From positions 125,942 to 189,941 of the forward strand of contig CAYGRO010000001.1 of NCBI GenBank assembly GCA_964352335.1: DNA of 64,000 nucleotides. Direction: 5' to 3'. A program made the translations under genes and the position numbers. A model generated the notes under the pieces. It was not told where the DNA came from. It did not search any database and saw only the letters and a program-made list of their open reading frames with translations. Numbering within the stretch: the first letter of the stretch is position 1; every line of letters begins with the position of its first letter. Positions 9,540 to 19,191 of the stretch are shown here, in pieces. Source of the stretch: an uncultured Gammaproteobacteria bacterium. Lineage in GTDB: Bacteria; Patescibacteriota; Patescibacteriia; VMEV01; CAYQCH01.

Positions 9540-10508
9540 TTAAACAGTCTCCGGAAACAACATATCAATAATCTTGCTCGCCACATCTCGAGACTTACCA
9601 ATGGTTGGTTCATGATGAATGGTTAAACCTGGATCAGATTCTAATTCAGTAATAAAGCCAGGTCGCCTTGAAATATCTGTAGAAAAAAAATCTACTCCAA
9701 TAATGTCAGCATCAAAATACTTCGCAATTTTTTTAGCCATTTGTTTTACTTCTTTGCAAAGTGAATCAGTTATATCAATAGAAATACCTCCACGATGAGA
9801 ATTTGAAAGCATTCCCAATGCAATTCTTTGGCCACGAGTTGGGATATCGGTTAATTTCATTCCTTGCTTTTTGAGTAATGCCTTACTTTCATCTGTCATT
9901 TTAATTTTTCTATTAGCAACTGGAACTATTTTATTCCATGAAAGGAGCAAATCATTAATAGAAGATTTTCCATCACCAAGAAGATGAGCTGGTACGCGCT
10001 TTACCGCAAAAACAAATTTTTTATTCACCACAAGAATACGATGATCTTCTCCTTTTAATTGTTTTTGAGCTAAAACTGTTTTTTTATATCTTCGACTACA
10101 ACTTAAAGATTTTTCTATTGCTTTTTTAAACTGAGATGGCTTTGTAATATTTACCGTAACACCTTTTCCACCATAGGAGTCCGTTGGTTTAATTACAATC
10201 TGTTTATGCTTATGTAAAAATGCTGTTAATTCTTTTTTTGAATCTGTTAAAAGACAAACGGGCGATGGCAAAGCTAGATCTTGTAAAATTTGAGCCGTTA
10301 AATATTTATCATTAAAAATATCACCGCTTACATACCCCGTTTTATTAGTACCAGCGCGCTTAATAAATTCACGATGTTTTTTGTATTCCAAAATTGCATA
10401 GCTTTCATATTTTTTCCCAAACCCTTTTACAGAAATACCTCGAGAACGAGCTTCATCTACAAGATATTGTGTATAGATACTGAATTTGTGTTCTACTGTT
10501 TTTTTCAT
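9540..10508 (-). CDS. RimK-like ATP-grasp ligase (CphA N-domain-like)
   Basis: Motifs IVIKPTDSYGGKGV and DIIGVDFF, and a C-terminal PTIGKSRDVASKIIDMLFP motif like other RimK-type grasp enzymes. Confidence 0.7.
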   Translation of the reverse strand: MKKTVEHKFSIYTQYLVDEARSRGISVKGFGKKYESYAILEYKKHREFIKRAGTNKTGYVSGDIFNDKYLTAQILQDLALPSPVCLLTDSKKELTAFLHKHKQIVIKPTDSYGGKGVTVNITKPSQFKKAIEKSLSCSRRYKKTVLAQKQLKGEDHRILVVNKKFVFAVKRVPAHLLGDGKSSINDLLLSWNKIVPVANRKIKMTDESKALLKKQGMKLTDIPTRGQRIALGMLSNSHRGGISIDITDSLCKEVKQMAKKIAKYFDADIIGVDFFSTDISRRPGFITELESDPGLTIHHEPTIGKSRDVASKIIDMLFPETV

Positions 10509-10550
10509 ATTGATTCATTGTAAAGAGCATCTCCCGTTCTACAGGATCTT

Positions 10551-11408
10551 CTATACAGTTTCTAAGATTAAAGAACGTTTTTTAATTAAGTGATCAATAA
10601 TAGCACCAGCAATATCTTTTCCTGTTACCATAGAGCATCTCGGAAAAAAACACGGGAAATTTGTTTCTGCAACATACCCTTTTCCACGGTGGATAAGAAT
10701 ATCAACACCGCCAAAATCATAGTCCATTGCATCAACTGCTTTAACAGCTAATTGTTCAATGGCTTTTGAAAACTTTTTCTTTTGAACAAGTGGAGTTGCT
10801 CCAACATTTGAACGAAAATCTCCTTTAGGGGCTCTATATTCAATACTATCGATAACTTTTCCACCTAAAACGATTAAACGAGCAGAACGTCCCCCTGGAA
10901 TAAATTCTCGCATAATCACTCTTTCTGATTTTCCTTTGAAATAATCTGCCAATGAATTTAAAGCAGACAATGAATCTACTTTCATTACCCCTACTCCATG
11001 GCTTCCACCTGTCACCTTGATAATAAGTGGGAATCCCCCCAAGGCAACGGAAGCTTTTTTTAAATCCTCTGGTGTTCTTGGTAATGCATCAATTGTTTTT
11101 GGCTGACGAACTTGCTTTAATCGGTATCTATTAAATGAGTCATAGCTTATAAGTACTCTTTCTAAATTTTTGTGCAATGTAATTGGTTCTTGATGAGATA
11201 AAAAACTTTGAACAATAGCGCTTCGTTTACCAACACTAGATTTATACAATAAATCTCCCTTTTTTACTTTCAAAGGATTGGTAAATGAAAACTCATCAGG
11301 GTTGATTTCAATATAATCAATAGATCGCTCTGCACAAGCGGTGGCAAAGCGAATATTGATATCTGCATTTTTTTCTCGAGTGATATTTATGAATCGTATT
11401 TTTTTCAT
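10551..11408 (-). CDS. RimK family alpha-L-glutamate ligase-like ATP-grasp enzyme
   Basis: Motifs PLIIKVTGGSHGVGVMKV, GGVDIL and GKDIAGAIIDHL. Confidence 0.75.
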   Translation of the reverse strand: MKKIRFINITREKNADINIRFATACAERSIDYIEINPDEFSFTNPLKVKKGDLLYKSSVGKRSAIVQSFLSHQEPITLHKNLERVLISYDSFNRYRLKQVRQPKTIDALPRTPEDLKKASVALGGFPLIIKVTGGSHGVGVMKVDSLSALNSLADYFKGKSERVIMREFIPGGRSARLIVLGGKVIDSIEYRAPKGDFRSNVGATPLVQKKKFSKAIEQLAVKAVDAMDYDFGGVDILIHRGKGYVAETNFPCFFPRCSMVTGKDIAGAIIDHLIKKRSLILETV

Positions 11409-12346
11409 AGATATTTTTCAATATGATCGACAAATTTCACAAGAATTTTTTTCACTTCTTTTTCATGACCAGGTGTCATCTCTAAAGTTGGATTATGATT
11501 CATTTCAATAAGCTTTGGTGTTTTACGATTCAAAAACAACATATCTACTGAATACATTGTATTTTGAAAAGGCTTTAATCGTTTTGTTACTTCTTGTACA
11601 AGTTTTTTAGCTTGAGGAGGTAAATCAGAAAGAGCAATAAAAATTCGTGTACCACCCTGAGCAATATTACAAAGCTCTTTACCTTTAGCAGGAGTACGAA
11701 TATATGCTTGAATAGGTTTATGATCAAGACAAATAACTCGTAAATCATGAATCCCTTTAAATAAGCTAGGGATTCCTTGTTTACTATCTAAAAATGGTTG
11801 CATAATCGCTGGAAACTTTCCTTTGTACTGAGCAACTTTTTTTGAGGAAGAAATTTCTACTCCATTTCCACAAATACCACGAAGGTATTTCGTAACCCAT
11901 TTTCGTGTAGTTTTATGCTTTTTAGCAATTGCAGATAATTCTTCTTTATTATGCGCCAAATAAGATGGAATCGTTATTTCAGGAAACATTAAATGGGTCA
12001 TGAACTTATCTTCTGCAATCATTTGTACTCGTGGAGGATTTAAAGAGGGAGCCATTTCTTGCATCATATTTTTTATTGGCATCCGCTTATCTGAGCAGGC
12101 TGAACGATCTAAAATATAATCCGGCTTGAGATTTTTATTCTTTTCAACAAAGTTCTTACCGTCCCAAATATAATAAGAGGCAAATCCTTTTTCTGATAAT
12201 TCTTGAATATTGGTCCATACTACTTTTATTCCTCGCTCTTTTGCGATTTCATATAACCACAAATATGGCTGAATAATTTTCTCTGCCAAAATTCCATATT
12301 CCCTATTTTTCAGTTTATATCCGAAACAAATAGCAACTATTTTCAT
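11405..12346 (-). CDS. divergent ATP-grasp ligase
   Basis: 4-nt overlap with the downstream gene. ATP-grasp C-terminal motifs CNIAQGG, VDMLF and IEMNHNP. Confidence 0.55.
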   Translation of the reverse strand: MKIVAICFGYKLKNREYGILAEKIIQPYLWLYEIAKERGIKVVWTNIQELSEKGFASYYIWDGKNFVEKNKNLKPDYILDRSACSDKRMPIKNMMQEMAPSLNPPRVQMIAEDKFMTHLMFPEITIPSYLAHNKEELSAIAKKHKTTRKWVTKYLRGICGNGVEISSSKKVAQYKGKFPAIMQPFLDSKQGIPSLFKGIHDLRVICLDHKPIQAYIRTPAKGKELCNIAQGGTRIFIALSDLPPQAKKLVQEVTKRLKPFQNTMYSVDMLFLNRKTPKLIEMNHNPTLEMTPGHEKEVKKILVKFVDHIEKYL

Positions 12347-12513
12347 AAAAAGTAACTTTAATCATAAAAAAACAACATGGGTGCAATGACCAGTTGTTTC
12401 GCTGTTCAAGACTATTACAACATATATTTACCAAAAAAGCAAGTTATTTTGCAATTTTCCCTATTTTGACTATACTAATGCATTCCCAACCACCACCAAG
12501 AACGAGGTAGAAT

Positions 12514-12963
12514 ATGACTATCACAATCATTGCCTCTCTCGAAGAAGGTAGTGAACAATGGGACGCAGTACAGCTTGGCTTACGCATTAAGGAGCAAACC
12601 TCGGTAGGTATGCTCTATAAGCGCTATAACGAGCTCAATACAGCAATCAACAAAATCGACACTGAGGAGCGTTGGTCAGACCTTCGTTTTCTCATCATCT
12701 CTCATGCTAGCGTTCTGCAGGCCATCGACCCAGAAGCGGGAACGATGTCAGCCGTGTCTGCTGAACTACAGCGAGTGAAAGACAAATTCGCTTTCAAGCG
12801 TTATGAACTCGTCATTATTGGAGTTTCCACCAATGACATGTTTGGCCAATCACTCATGCGTAGCGGGTGTGACACCACTTGCTCAGGAGAAGCCCTTCCA
12901 GAGCTTATCCTCGAACTCCTCCAGCCCCGCTCTGGACGGATCAAACTGCCCGACGACCTCTAA
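12514..12963 (+). CDS. hypothetical protein; high-GC cassette
   Basis: GC about 55%. Upstream TTGCAA-17-TATACT promoter and GAGGTAG RBS. Confidence 0.4.
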   Translation: MTITIIASLEEGSEQWDAVQLGLRIKEQTSVGMLYKRYNELNTAINKIDTEERWSDLRFLIISHASVLQAIDPEAGTMSAVSAELQRVKDKFAFKRYELVIIGVSTNDMFGQSLMRSGCDTTCSGEALPELILELLQPRSGRIKLPDDL

Positions 12964-13543
12964 GGTCTCGGGCAGTCTTCATTTTATAGACAAAAATACT
13001 TAACTCTTTTTCTGTCGGCTTGCTCACATATTCTGTCTCCCAACCAGGAATCTCAAATACATAGGAAATAATAATAGTTCCCTCTTTACATTCTTTTTCA
13101 AACTTTTCTTTTAATTTACCTGCTAGTGGTTTAGGCGTTCCAAAAAGATAAATAAGAGAAGCGTCAGACAAATCTTGTTTAAAAAAATCTTTCCACAAAA
13201 AAACCGCTTGAGATTGTGAAAACAATGCTTTAATTTTTGCATAGAAAAAAAGTGGAAAAACGAATTCTATTCCAATGACCTTTTTCTGTAATTCTTGTGC
13301 AATCCCCAACGATACTAAACCGGTTCCTGAACCTAATTCATATAAATTTCCGTGTTCAGGTGCATATTTTTTTACCAATGTAATAATGCGTTGGCGATCT
13401 GATTTTCGAGTAGGAACCCAAGGCGCAAAAACAAAACCAGCATATGCTAATGGAAGCAAAATAAGAATCATCAAAATTAACAGAATGAAATCCATGGGAA
13501 TATTGTTAGAAAACTGCAAAATTGCAAAGTTGCAAAACGGCAA
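12941..13543 (-). CDS. class I SAM-dependent methyltransferase with N-terminal TM segment
   Basis: Motif I LYELGSGTGLVSLGIA. Confidence 0.6.
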   Translation of the reverse strand: MPFCNFAILQFSNNIPMDFILLILMILILLPLAYAGFVFAPWVPTRKSDRQRIITLVKKYAPEHGNLYELGSGTGLVSLGIAQELQKKVIGIEFVFPLFFYAKIKALFSQSQAVFLWKDFFKQDLSDASLIYLFGTPKPLAGKLKEKFEKECKEGTIIISYVFEIPGWETEYVSKPTEKELSIFVYKMKTARDLRGRRAV

Positions 13544-13598
13544 AAGAACTCGAATCTACGAATTAAGACCAATGTACAAATTGATCCCTGACAAATGA

Positions 13599-14873
13599 TC
13601 AAACGATATACCGAATAAAAATATAGACAGTTGAAAGGATAATTGCCAGTAATGATAATGGCACCGCCGTTTTCATATAGTCGACAAATGAAAGTTTATG
13701 CCCGGCTTTTTCTGCCATCCCAGAAACAACAACATTTGCAGACGCCCCAATTAATGTGGCATTTCCACCAAAATCAGCTCCCATTGCAAGTGCCCACCAT
13801 AAAGGTGTGACATCTAGATTTGTTGCTAAGCCCAATTCTTTAATTAATGGAATCATAATTGCAACAAAGGGAACATTATCAACAATGGCAGAAAAAATAG
13901 CACTTCCCCATAATGTCGCCATCAACAAAATACTTCTATTTCCACCTGTTAGTTCTATTAATCCGCCTGCAAGCAATTCAATCGCCCCAACTTGTTCTAG
14001 TCCTGTCACCATAATAAATAAACCGACAAAAAAGAAAATGGTTGTCCATTCACAATCTCGAATATATTCTTCTGGCTCATGCAAAGTAATCAATAACAAT
14101 AAAGCTGCCCCCGTAAGTGCCAGTGTGGCCCCTTCAATTCCTGTTTGGTTATGTGTTAAAAAACCAAGAATAACTAAACCTAAGACAATAAGAGATTTTA
14201 CTAATAAAGCCTTATTGGTAATAGCATCTCTTGGATTGAATTTCATTATTGATTTTTGTGCTAATTCATTAGCCACTAAATCTTTGCGATAGAGTAGAGC
14301 CAATAGCGCGAGTGTACTAATACCAACAACCAAAGAAATTGGCCCCATATGAAATAAAAAGTCATTAAACGAAAGTCCTGCTGCAGAACCAATCAAAATA
14401 TTTGGCTGATCACCAATAAGAGTTGCTGCCCCTCCAATATTGGCAAGCATGATGGCAGAAAATAAAAATGGTTTTGGGCTTGTTCGTAAATTTTGAGCAA
14501 TAACAAAGGTTACAGGTACCATTAATAAAACCGTAGTTACATCATCTAATACGGCAGAAAATACCATGGTAATAATTGCCAGTAAAATAAAAATAGGGAT
14601 TGGTTTCCCTTTCCCCGCTTTCGCTGCCCAAATGGCAATATATTGAAAAATACCTGAATGCTTGGCAATGCCTACTATAACCATCATCCCAATTAAAATA
14701 CCAAGCATATTAAAATCGATCCCTTCGATTGCTTGACGCTGGTTAATTATTCCTAAAATCACCATTAATGCTGCAGCAAAAAGAGCGATAACGGTACGGT
14801 GAACTTTTTCAGTAATGATAATAAAGTAAGCAACGAGAAAAATGGCAACTGCCAAACCCATGAGAACATTCAT
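13599..14873 (-). CDS. ArsB/NhaD superfamily permease (CitMHS/YbiR-like anion transporter)
   Basis: About 12 TM helices with duplicated halves typical of the ArsB/NhaD fold. Confidence 0.7.
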   Translation of the reverse strand: MNVLMGLAVAIFLVAYFIIITEKVHRTVIALFAAALMVILGIINQRQAIEGIDFNMLGILIGMMVIVGIAKHSGIFQYIAIWAAKAGKGKPIPIFILLAIITMVFSAVLDDVTTVLLMVPVTFVIAQNLRTSPKPFLFSAIMLANIGGAATLIGDQPNILIGSAAGLSFNDFLFHMGPISLVVGISTLALLALLYRKDLVANELAQKSIMKFNPRDAITNKALLVKSLIVLGLVILGFLTHNQTGIEGATLALTGAALLLLITLHEPEEYIRDCEWTTIFFFVGLFIMVTGLEQVGAIELLAGGLIELTGGNRSILLMATLWGSAIFSAIVDNVPFVAIMIPLIKELGLATNLDVTPLWWALAMGADFGGNATLIGASANVVVSGMAEKAGHKLSFVDYMKTAVPLSLLAIILSTVYIFIRYIV

Positions 14874-14888
14874 AACATTTATCTATTT

Positions 14889-15398
14889 TTATTTGATACC
14901 AAGCACATCTGCAATGGCACGTTTAATATCTGTATGGTTGATATATCCAACTAATATCCCATCATTATCAACGACAGGTAATTGTCTAATATGAAATTGT
15001 GAAATTTGTGTAGCAGTATGAATCAGCGTATCATCTGGATTTATTACATGTACTTCTTTACTCATGATTTCTACAACAGCTTTATCAGCCAATTGATTTA
15101 CCCTATCCTGAAAAACATTTCCAGCAGCAAATGCAGCTAAATGTTTATCTGACTCTAAATAATCTGGAACAATCGCCTCAATAATTCCCCAAGAAGTAAT
15201 AATACCTACCACATGACGAGTTTCATCTGTTACAACTAATGCATTTGTTTTCTTTTTCACCATTAAAGTGACCGCTTCTTTTAAAGTAGCTGTCTCTTTG
15301 ATATCGACTACATCCTTTCGCATATAGTCGCTTACAATATAATGAGTTGTATTTGGCATAGTTATTGTATTATAGCGAGAAGTTGATAAAGACGACAA
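14889..15398 (-). CDS. CBS domain pair protein
   Basis: Two CBS motifs. Confidence 0.7.
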   Translation of the reverse strand: MSSLSTSRYNTITMPNTTHYIVSDYMRKDVVDIKETATLKEAVTLMVKKKTNALVVTDETRHVVGIITSWGIIEAIVPDYLESDKHLAAFAAGNVFQDRVNQLADKAVVEIMSKEVHVINPDDTLIHTATQISQFHIRQLPVVDNDGILVGYINHTDIKRAIADVLGIK

Positions 15399-15743
15399 CT
15401 ACATTGGTTCATTTTCTCGAATGATATTTAGCTCTTTTCCTTTTTGCGTGTACTTCGCTTTAACTTTTTCTGCTGTTTGCTTGAATCCTTCTTCCAAATC
15501 AATATTCAATTGATTAGCTAATCGACAAAGACCAAAAAAGAGATCGCCCATTTCACTTGTAAATAACTCTTTATTTGTTTTCACAAAATCAATTCGCTCT
15601 TGTTCAGATTTATACCGAAGATGGCGAGACATTTCAATGAGCTCTTCATGAAGATGGTCAAATTTGTCGAGAGAAGGAGTATCATCCCACCCAAGACTTT
15701 CTGTAAAGATTTTGACCTCTTTTTGTAATTGACTAATTTCCAT
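15399..15743 (-). CDS. MazG-like nucleotide pyrophosphohydrolase
   Basis: EExxE and LANQL MazG helices. Confidence 0.7.
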   Translation of the reverse strand: MEISQLQKEVKIFTESLGWDDTPSLDKFDHLHEELIEMSRHLRYKSEQERIDFVKTNKELFTSEMGDLFFGLCRLANQLNIDLEEGFKQTAEKVKAKYTQKGKELNIIRENEPM

Positions 15744-15844
15744 AGCAGTTCATAAATTACGCTCATTCTACTCCTCCCCTATTAATTGAGCAAATTGTCT
15801 ATCTATGATAGATTTTTAATACTGATTTTACTTAAACGAGCATT

Positions 15845-16309
15845 ATGTTTATTGCAGGACATGTAGCAGCAGGCGCACTAATAGGACAACAAGTAAATGA
15901 AAATTTATTTGTTATTTTCTTACTTGGTTTTATTTCTCATTTTCTTATGGATCTTATTCCACACGGAGATGCACATCAAGTAAAAAACTACTTTGAAAAG
16001 AAAACTGAACATCTTAAAAAACTCTACTATGTACTGGTTACAGATTCAGCGGCTGCAATTATTATTGTTGCTTGGCTTATGGCCTATGCCAATGTTAATC
16101 GAGTGGCTGTTGCTTGGGGAGTTATAGGAAGTGTTCTACCAGATCTACTCGTTGGATTAAATGAAGTTTGGAAAAAAACAAAAATCCAATGGTTTTATGA
16201 CTGGCATTTTAAAGTACATAATGCATTAATCCACAAAATCCCGGTTAAACCAATCCCTGGAGCGATTGCTCAAATTGTTCTCATTGGAGCATTTCTCTAC
16301 GCGCTATAA
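15845..16309 (+). CDS. membrane protein, DUF457/YdjM-like metal-dependent hydrolase family
   Basis: HFLMDLIPH motif and TM helices. Confidence 0.45.
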   Translation: MFIAGHVAAGALIGQQVNENLFVIFLLGFISHFLMDLIPHGDAHQVKNYFEKKTEHLKKLYYVLVTDSAAAIIIVAWLMAYANVNRVAVAWGVIGSVLPDLLVGLNEVWKKTKIQWFYDWHFKVHNALIHKIPVKPIPGAIAQIVLIGAFLYAL

Positions 16310-16359
16310 GTAGAGCCTCCATATCTTGGAAAAAGAATCGTGCTAAATGTACGATTCTT

Positions 16360-17724
16360 TTGTATACTACGGATATGTCACAAGAACAATTTTCCAATCA
16401 AGAATTATCTCCCCAACAAAGACGGATAAAACAAGCCGAGAATAGTTTTCTTAATGCCAGGTCTATTGGCTTTCCTGAACCTTTAGCGATACAACATGCA
16501 GCCAAATGGAATGCGATGGGAGTTGAGCGAGATCAAATACCTCAACAAGCATGGAAGAAGCTAGCAAGCTATATTGACGCAGGTTCAATGAACCACCCAA
16601 CGCATGCAGGTATTATGCAAGCAGCGATCGAAAAAAGACTTGCTGAAAAAACGCCCGAAACCTATTCAGAGCCAGATCCAAAAAAAGAAGAAGTTATTTT
16701 AGAATTATTAAGCGAGCCAGAATTCACAGAAAATAAACAACCATTTGTCGACTTAGCTGAGCTCTATGAAGAATTCAAAACAATCGCAAAAAAATATTCC
16801 CCCTCAATTGCAAGTGATTATTGGCTCTTTACACGTAATGTAAGCCCTTTAATTGAATCACAATTAAAGAACGCTATCTCATGGGTACTTACCGAAGATC
16901 TTGGCAATACCATGTACCAAGAACTTTCTGCTTATCTTGGTAATAGAGCTATCCAAGAATTACGCTTTGACCAAGGCAAAGAAATGCCAAAACATGTAGA
17001 AGAACTGACATTAGAAGAATCTTTTACGAAAAATAATGCTATCAATAAAGAAAAAGAAGCTCAACTACAAAAACAAAGAGAAACCATCATGCAAAAACCA
17101 GTGAACGAACGAAGTCGTGATAAAAACAGTATTGTGCTGAAAAATATCCTCAACCAAATTGTTACAAATAACTCTGCACAATTACTAGAAATGCCTAAAA
17201 ATAACACTAGCATCCTTGAAAAAATTGCAGAAGAAGAATTTCAAAATCTACCAGATGAAATCAAACAATATCTTGATGCATTAAGAGAAGATTCGGCAAT
17301 CGATACTGGTAGAAGAGAATCTGCACTTACCTTTTTTGGAGCTCGACTGATGCTCGTAGTTATAGAAAAACGAAAAGAGTTAAGAACCAGTGATGAAGAA
17401 AAACCAACAATATCATCAGAATACAATAAACAACTTGATGCCTTCATCGACGAAATTGTACGTGGTATTTTGCCACTAGCCGAAGAAGAGACCGACATAA
17501 TCACATTTATTGATGATTTTGTTGCAGAACATGCTGAAGAAGAATTTCTAAAACTCCCAATGGCTCTTCAAGAATATTTACAACCAGATCCAACAGAGAC
17601 AGCTAAGTCAGGTGCTCAAAAACTAGCCATCAAATTAACCTATGCTTTAAGCTCAGCAATCCCAAGACAACCAAAAGCAGAAAAGAAAAGTTGGTGGAAA
17701 AGATTATTCAATAGAGACCAATAA
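16360..17724 (+). CDS. hypothetical charged/coiled protein
   Basis: Long ORF with native codon usage and a downstream terminator. Confidence 0.5.
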   Translation: MYTTDMSQEQFSNQELSPQQRRIKQAENSFLNARSIGFPEPLAIQHAAKWNAMGVERDQIPQQAWKKLASYIDAGSMNHPTHAGIMQAAIEKRLAEKTPETYSEPDPKKEEVILELLSEPEFTENKQPFVDLAELYEEFKTIAKKYSPSIASDYWLFTRNVSPLIESQLKNAISWVLTEDLGNTMYQELSAYLGNRAIQELRFDQGKEMPKHVEELTLEESFTKNNAINKEKEAQLQKQRETIMQKPVNERSRDKNSIVLKNILNQIVTNNSAQLLEMPKNNTSILEKIAEEEFQNLPDEIKQYLDALREDSAIDTGRRESALTFFGARLMLVVIEKRKELRTSDEEKPTISSEYNKQLDAFIDEIVRGILPLAEEETDIITFIDDFVAEHAEEEFLKLPMALQEYLQPDPTETAKSGAQKLAIKLTYALSSAIPRQPKAEKKSWWKRLFNRDQ

Positions 17725-17725
17725 A

Positions 17726-17755
17726 AAATCAGCTCATAAGAGAGCTGATTTTTCT
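17726..17755 (+). terminator. rho-independent terminator
   Basis: aatcagctc-ataagag-agctgatt followed by TTTTTC. Confidence 0.6.
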
Positions 17756-17761
17756 TTTCCT

Positions 17762-19036
17762 TTATTTTAACAAAGCTTCAAATGGTGTCGCATCTTCATA
17801 CGGCCCAATAATAGCGAGAGTCAATTTCTTTTCGTCAAAAATATCTTTGGCTACTTGTAAAACATCTTCACTCGTTACTTTGCTTATCGCCGCAAATTTT
17901 TCTTCTGGAGTTTTCACAGTATTTTCTAAGGCTTCTTGCGTTGCATAAAACTGAGCTAATGAACTGGTATTTTCTAAGCTAATACTCGATTTACCAATAA
18001 TATAGTCTTTAGCTCTTTGTAATTCCGCTTCGTCTACAGCTGTTTGCGCAAGCTTTTGCATTTCTGCTCGGATAACTTCGATAGCTGGAGCAATACGTTC
18101 TTTATCTAATCCAGCTTGTACCATGAAGTTTCCAGTATCTTGGTATTCAGTCATTCCAGCTCGTACCATATACGCTAATCCACGTTTTTCACGAACTTCC
18201 ATGAATAAACGAGAACTCATATTTCCTCCAAGAATCGTGGCAAGTAAAGTAGCCGCCGGTAAATCCGGATGATTATAGGCATAGGCAGGAACACCTAGAC
18301 CAATTTGAGCTTGTTCCGCTTTTCTATACATCAATTTTACTCTTGGTGAATCTTGTACAACAGTAAATGGTTCATACCCAAATGCATTTTCTTTTGTCTC
18401 TCCTTCTAATGGAGCAAAAGCTTCTTCTACCATGCTTTCAATATTTGCAGGCAAATTCCCCGCAACAGTAATAACGGTATTATCACCTCGATAATGTGTT
18501 GTTTTATAATCTACCATTGCTTCTCTTGTTGTCGCTCGTACCGTTTCTCGAGAACCGGCAATAAGCCAACCTAGTTTTCCTTCTTTATACATTTCTTCTT
18601 CAAAAACATCCGAAACGTACATTAAAGGATTATCTTCATACATATTAATTTCTTCTACAATAACTCCTTTTTCTTTATTTAATTCGGTTTCGTCAAATTT
18701 AGAATTGAGTAACATATCAGCCACAACATCAATTGCAAGTGGCAAATGTCTATGTGCAACTTTAATATAGTAAGCCGTATGATCTTTAGAAGTAAAAGCA
18801 TTAAACTCCGCCCCTACTCCATCTAATTCTTTTGTAATATCTAAACTCGTTGGACGTTTTTGAGTCCCTTTAAAAAACATATGTTCTAAAAAATGAGACA
18901 TCCCATTGATTTCTTTTGTTTCGTACCGAGAACCAGTAGCAAACATAACAATAATGGTTGCTGTTTCCGCTTGTGGTAATGGAGCTGTAATAAGACGGAC
19001 TCCATTTGAGAAAGTTTTTTTATTGAATGTATTCAT
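17762..19036 (-). CDS. M16 family (pitrilysin/insulinase-like) zinc peptidase
   Basis: Inverted zinc motif HFLEHMFFKGT (HxxEH). Confidence 0.8.
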   Translation of the reverse strand: MNTFNKKTFSNGVRLITAPLPQAETATIIVMFATGSRYETKEINGMSHFLEHMFFKGTQKRPTSLDITKELDGVGAEFNAFTSKDHTAYYIKVAHRHLPLAIDVVADMLLNSKFDETELNKEKGVIVEEINMYEDNPLMYVSDVFEEEMYKEGKLGWLIAGSRETVRATTREAMVDYKTTHYRGDNTVITVAGNLPANIESMVEEAFAPLEGETKENAFGYEPFTVVQDSPRVKLMYRKAEQAQIGLGVPAYAYNHPDLPAATLLATILGGNMSSRLFMEVREKRGLAYMVRAGMTEYQDTGNFMVQAGLDKERIAPAIEVIRAEMQKLAQTAVDEAELQRAKDYIIGKSSISLENTSSLAQFYATQEALENTVKTPEEKFAAISKVTSEDVLQVAKDIFDEKKLTLAIIGPYEDATPFEALLK

Positions 19037-19072
19037 AGATTCGTTTATAGATTATTTGTGCCTAAACAATAC

Positions 19073-19158
19073 CGCCCCCAGCCCCTCCTAGAAGGAGGGG
19101 TGCAGCTACACTCAGCATTACATTTTTCTCCCCTCCTTCTAGGAGGGGCTGGGGGCGG
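19073..19158. repeat. GC-rich palindromic REP-like element (copy R1)
   Basis: Outer IR ccgcccccag/ctgggggcgg encloses two hairpins, cccctcc-tagaa-ggagggg and cccctcc-ttcta-ggagggg. Confidence 0.6.
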
Positions 19159-19191
19159 TAAAGGACAAAACTTATATTATTTCGTGTCTGA

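Noticed and set aside
13756-14292. 178-aa + ORF
   Set aside because: It is antisense within the ArsB/NhaD permease gene and its composition is low-complexity.
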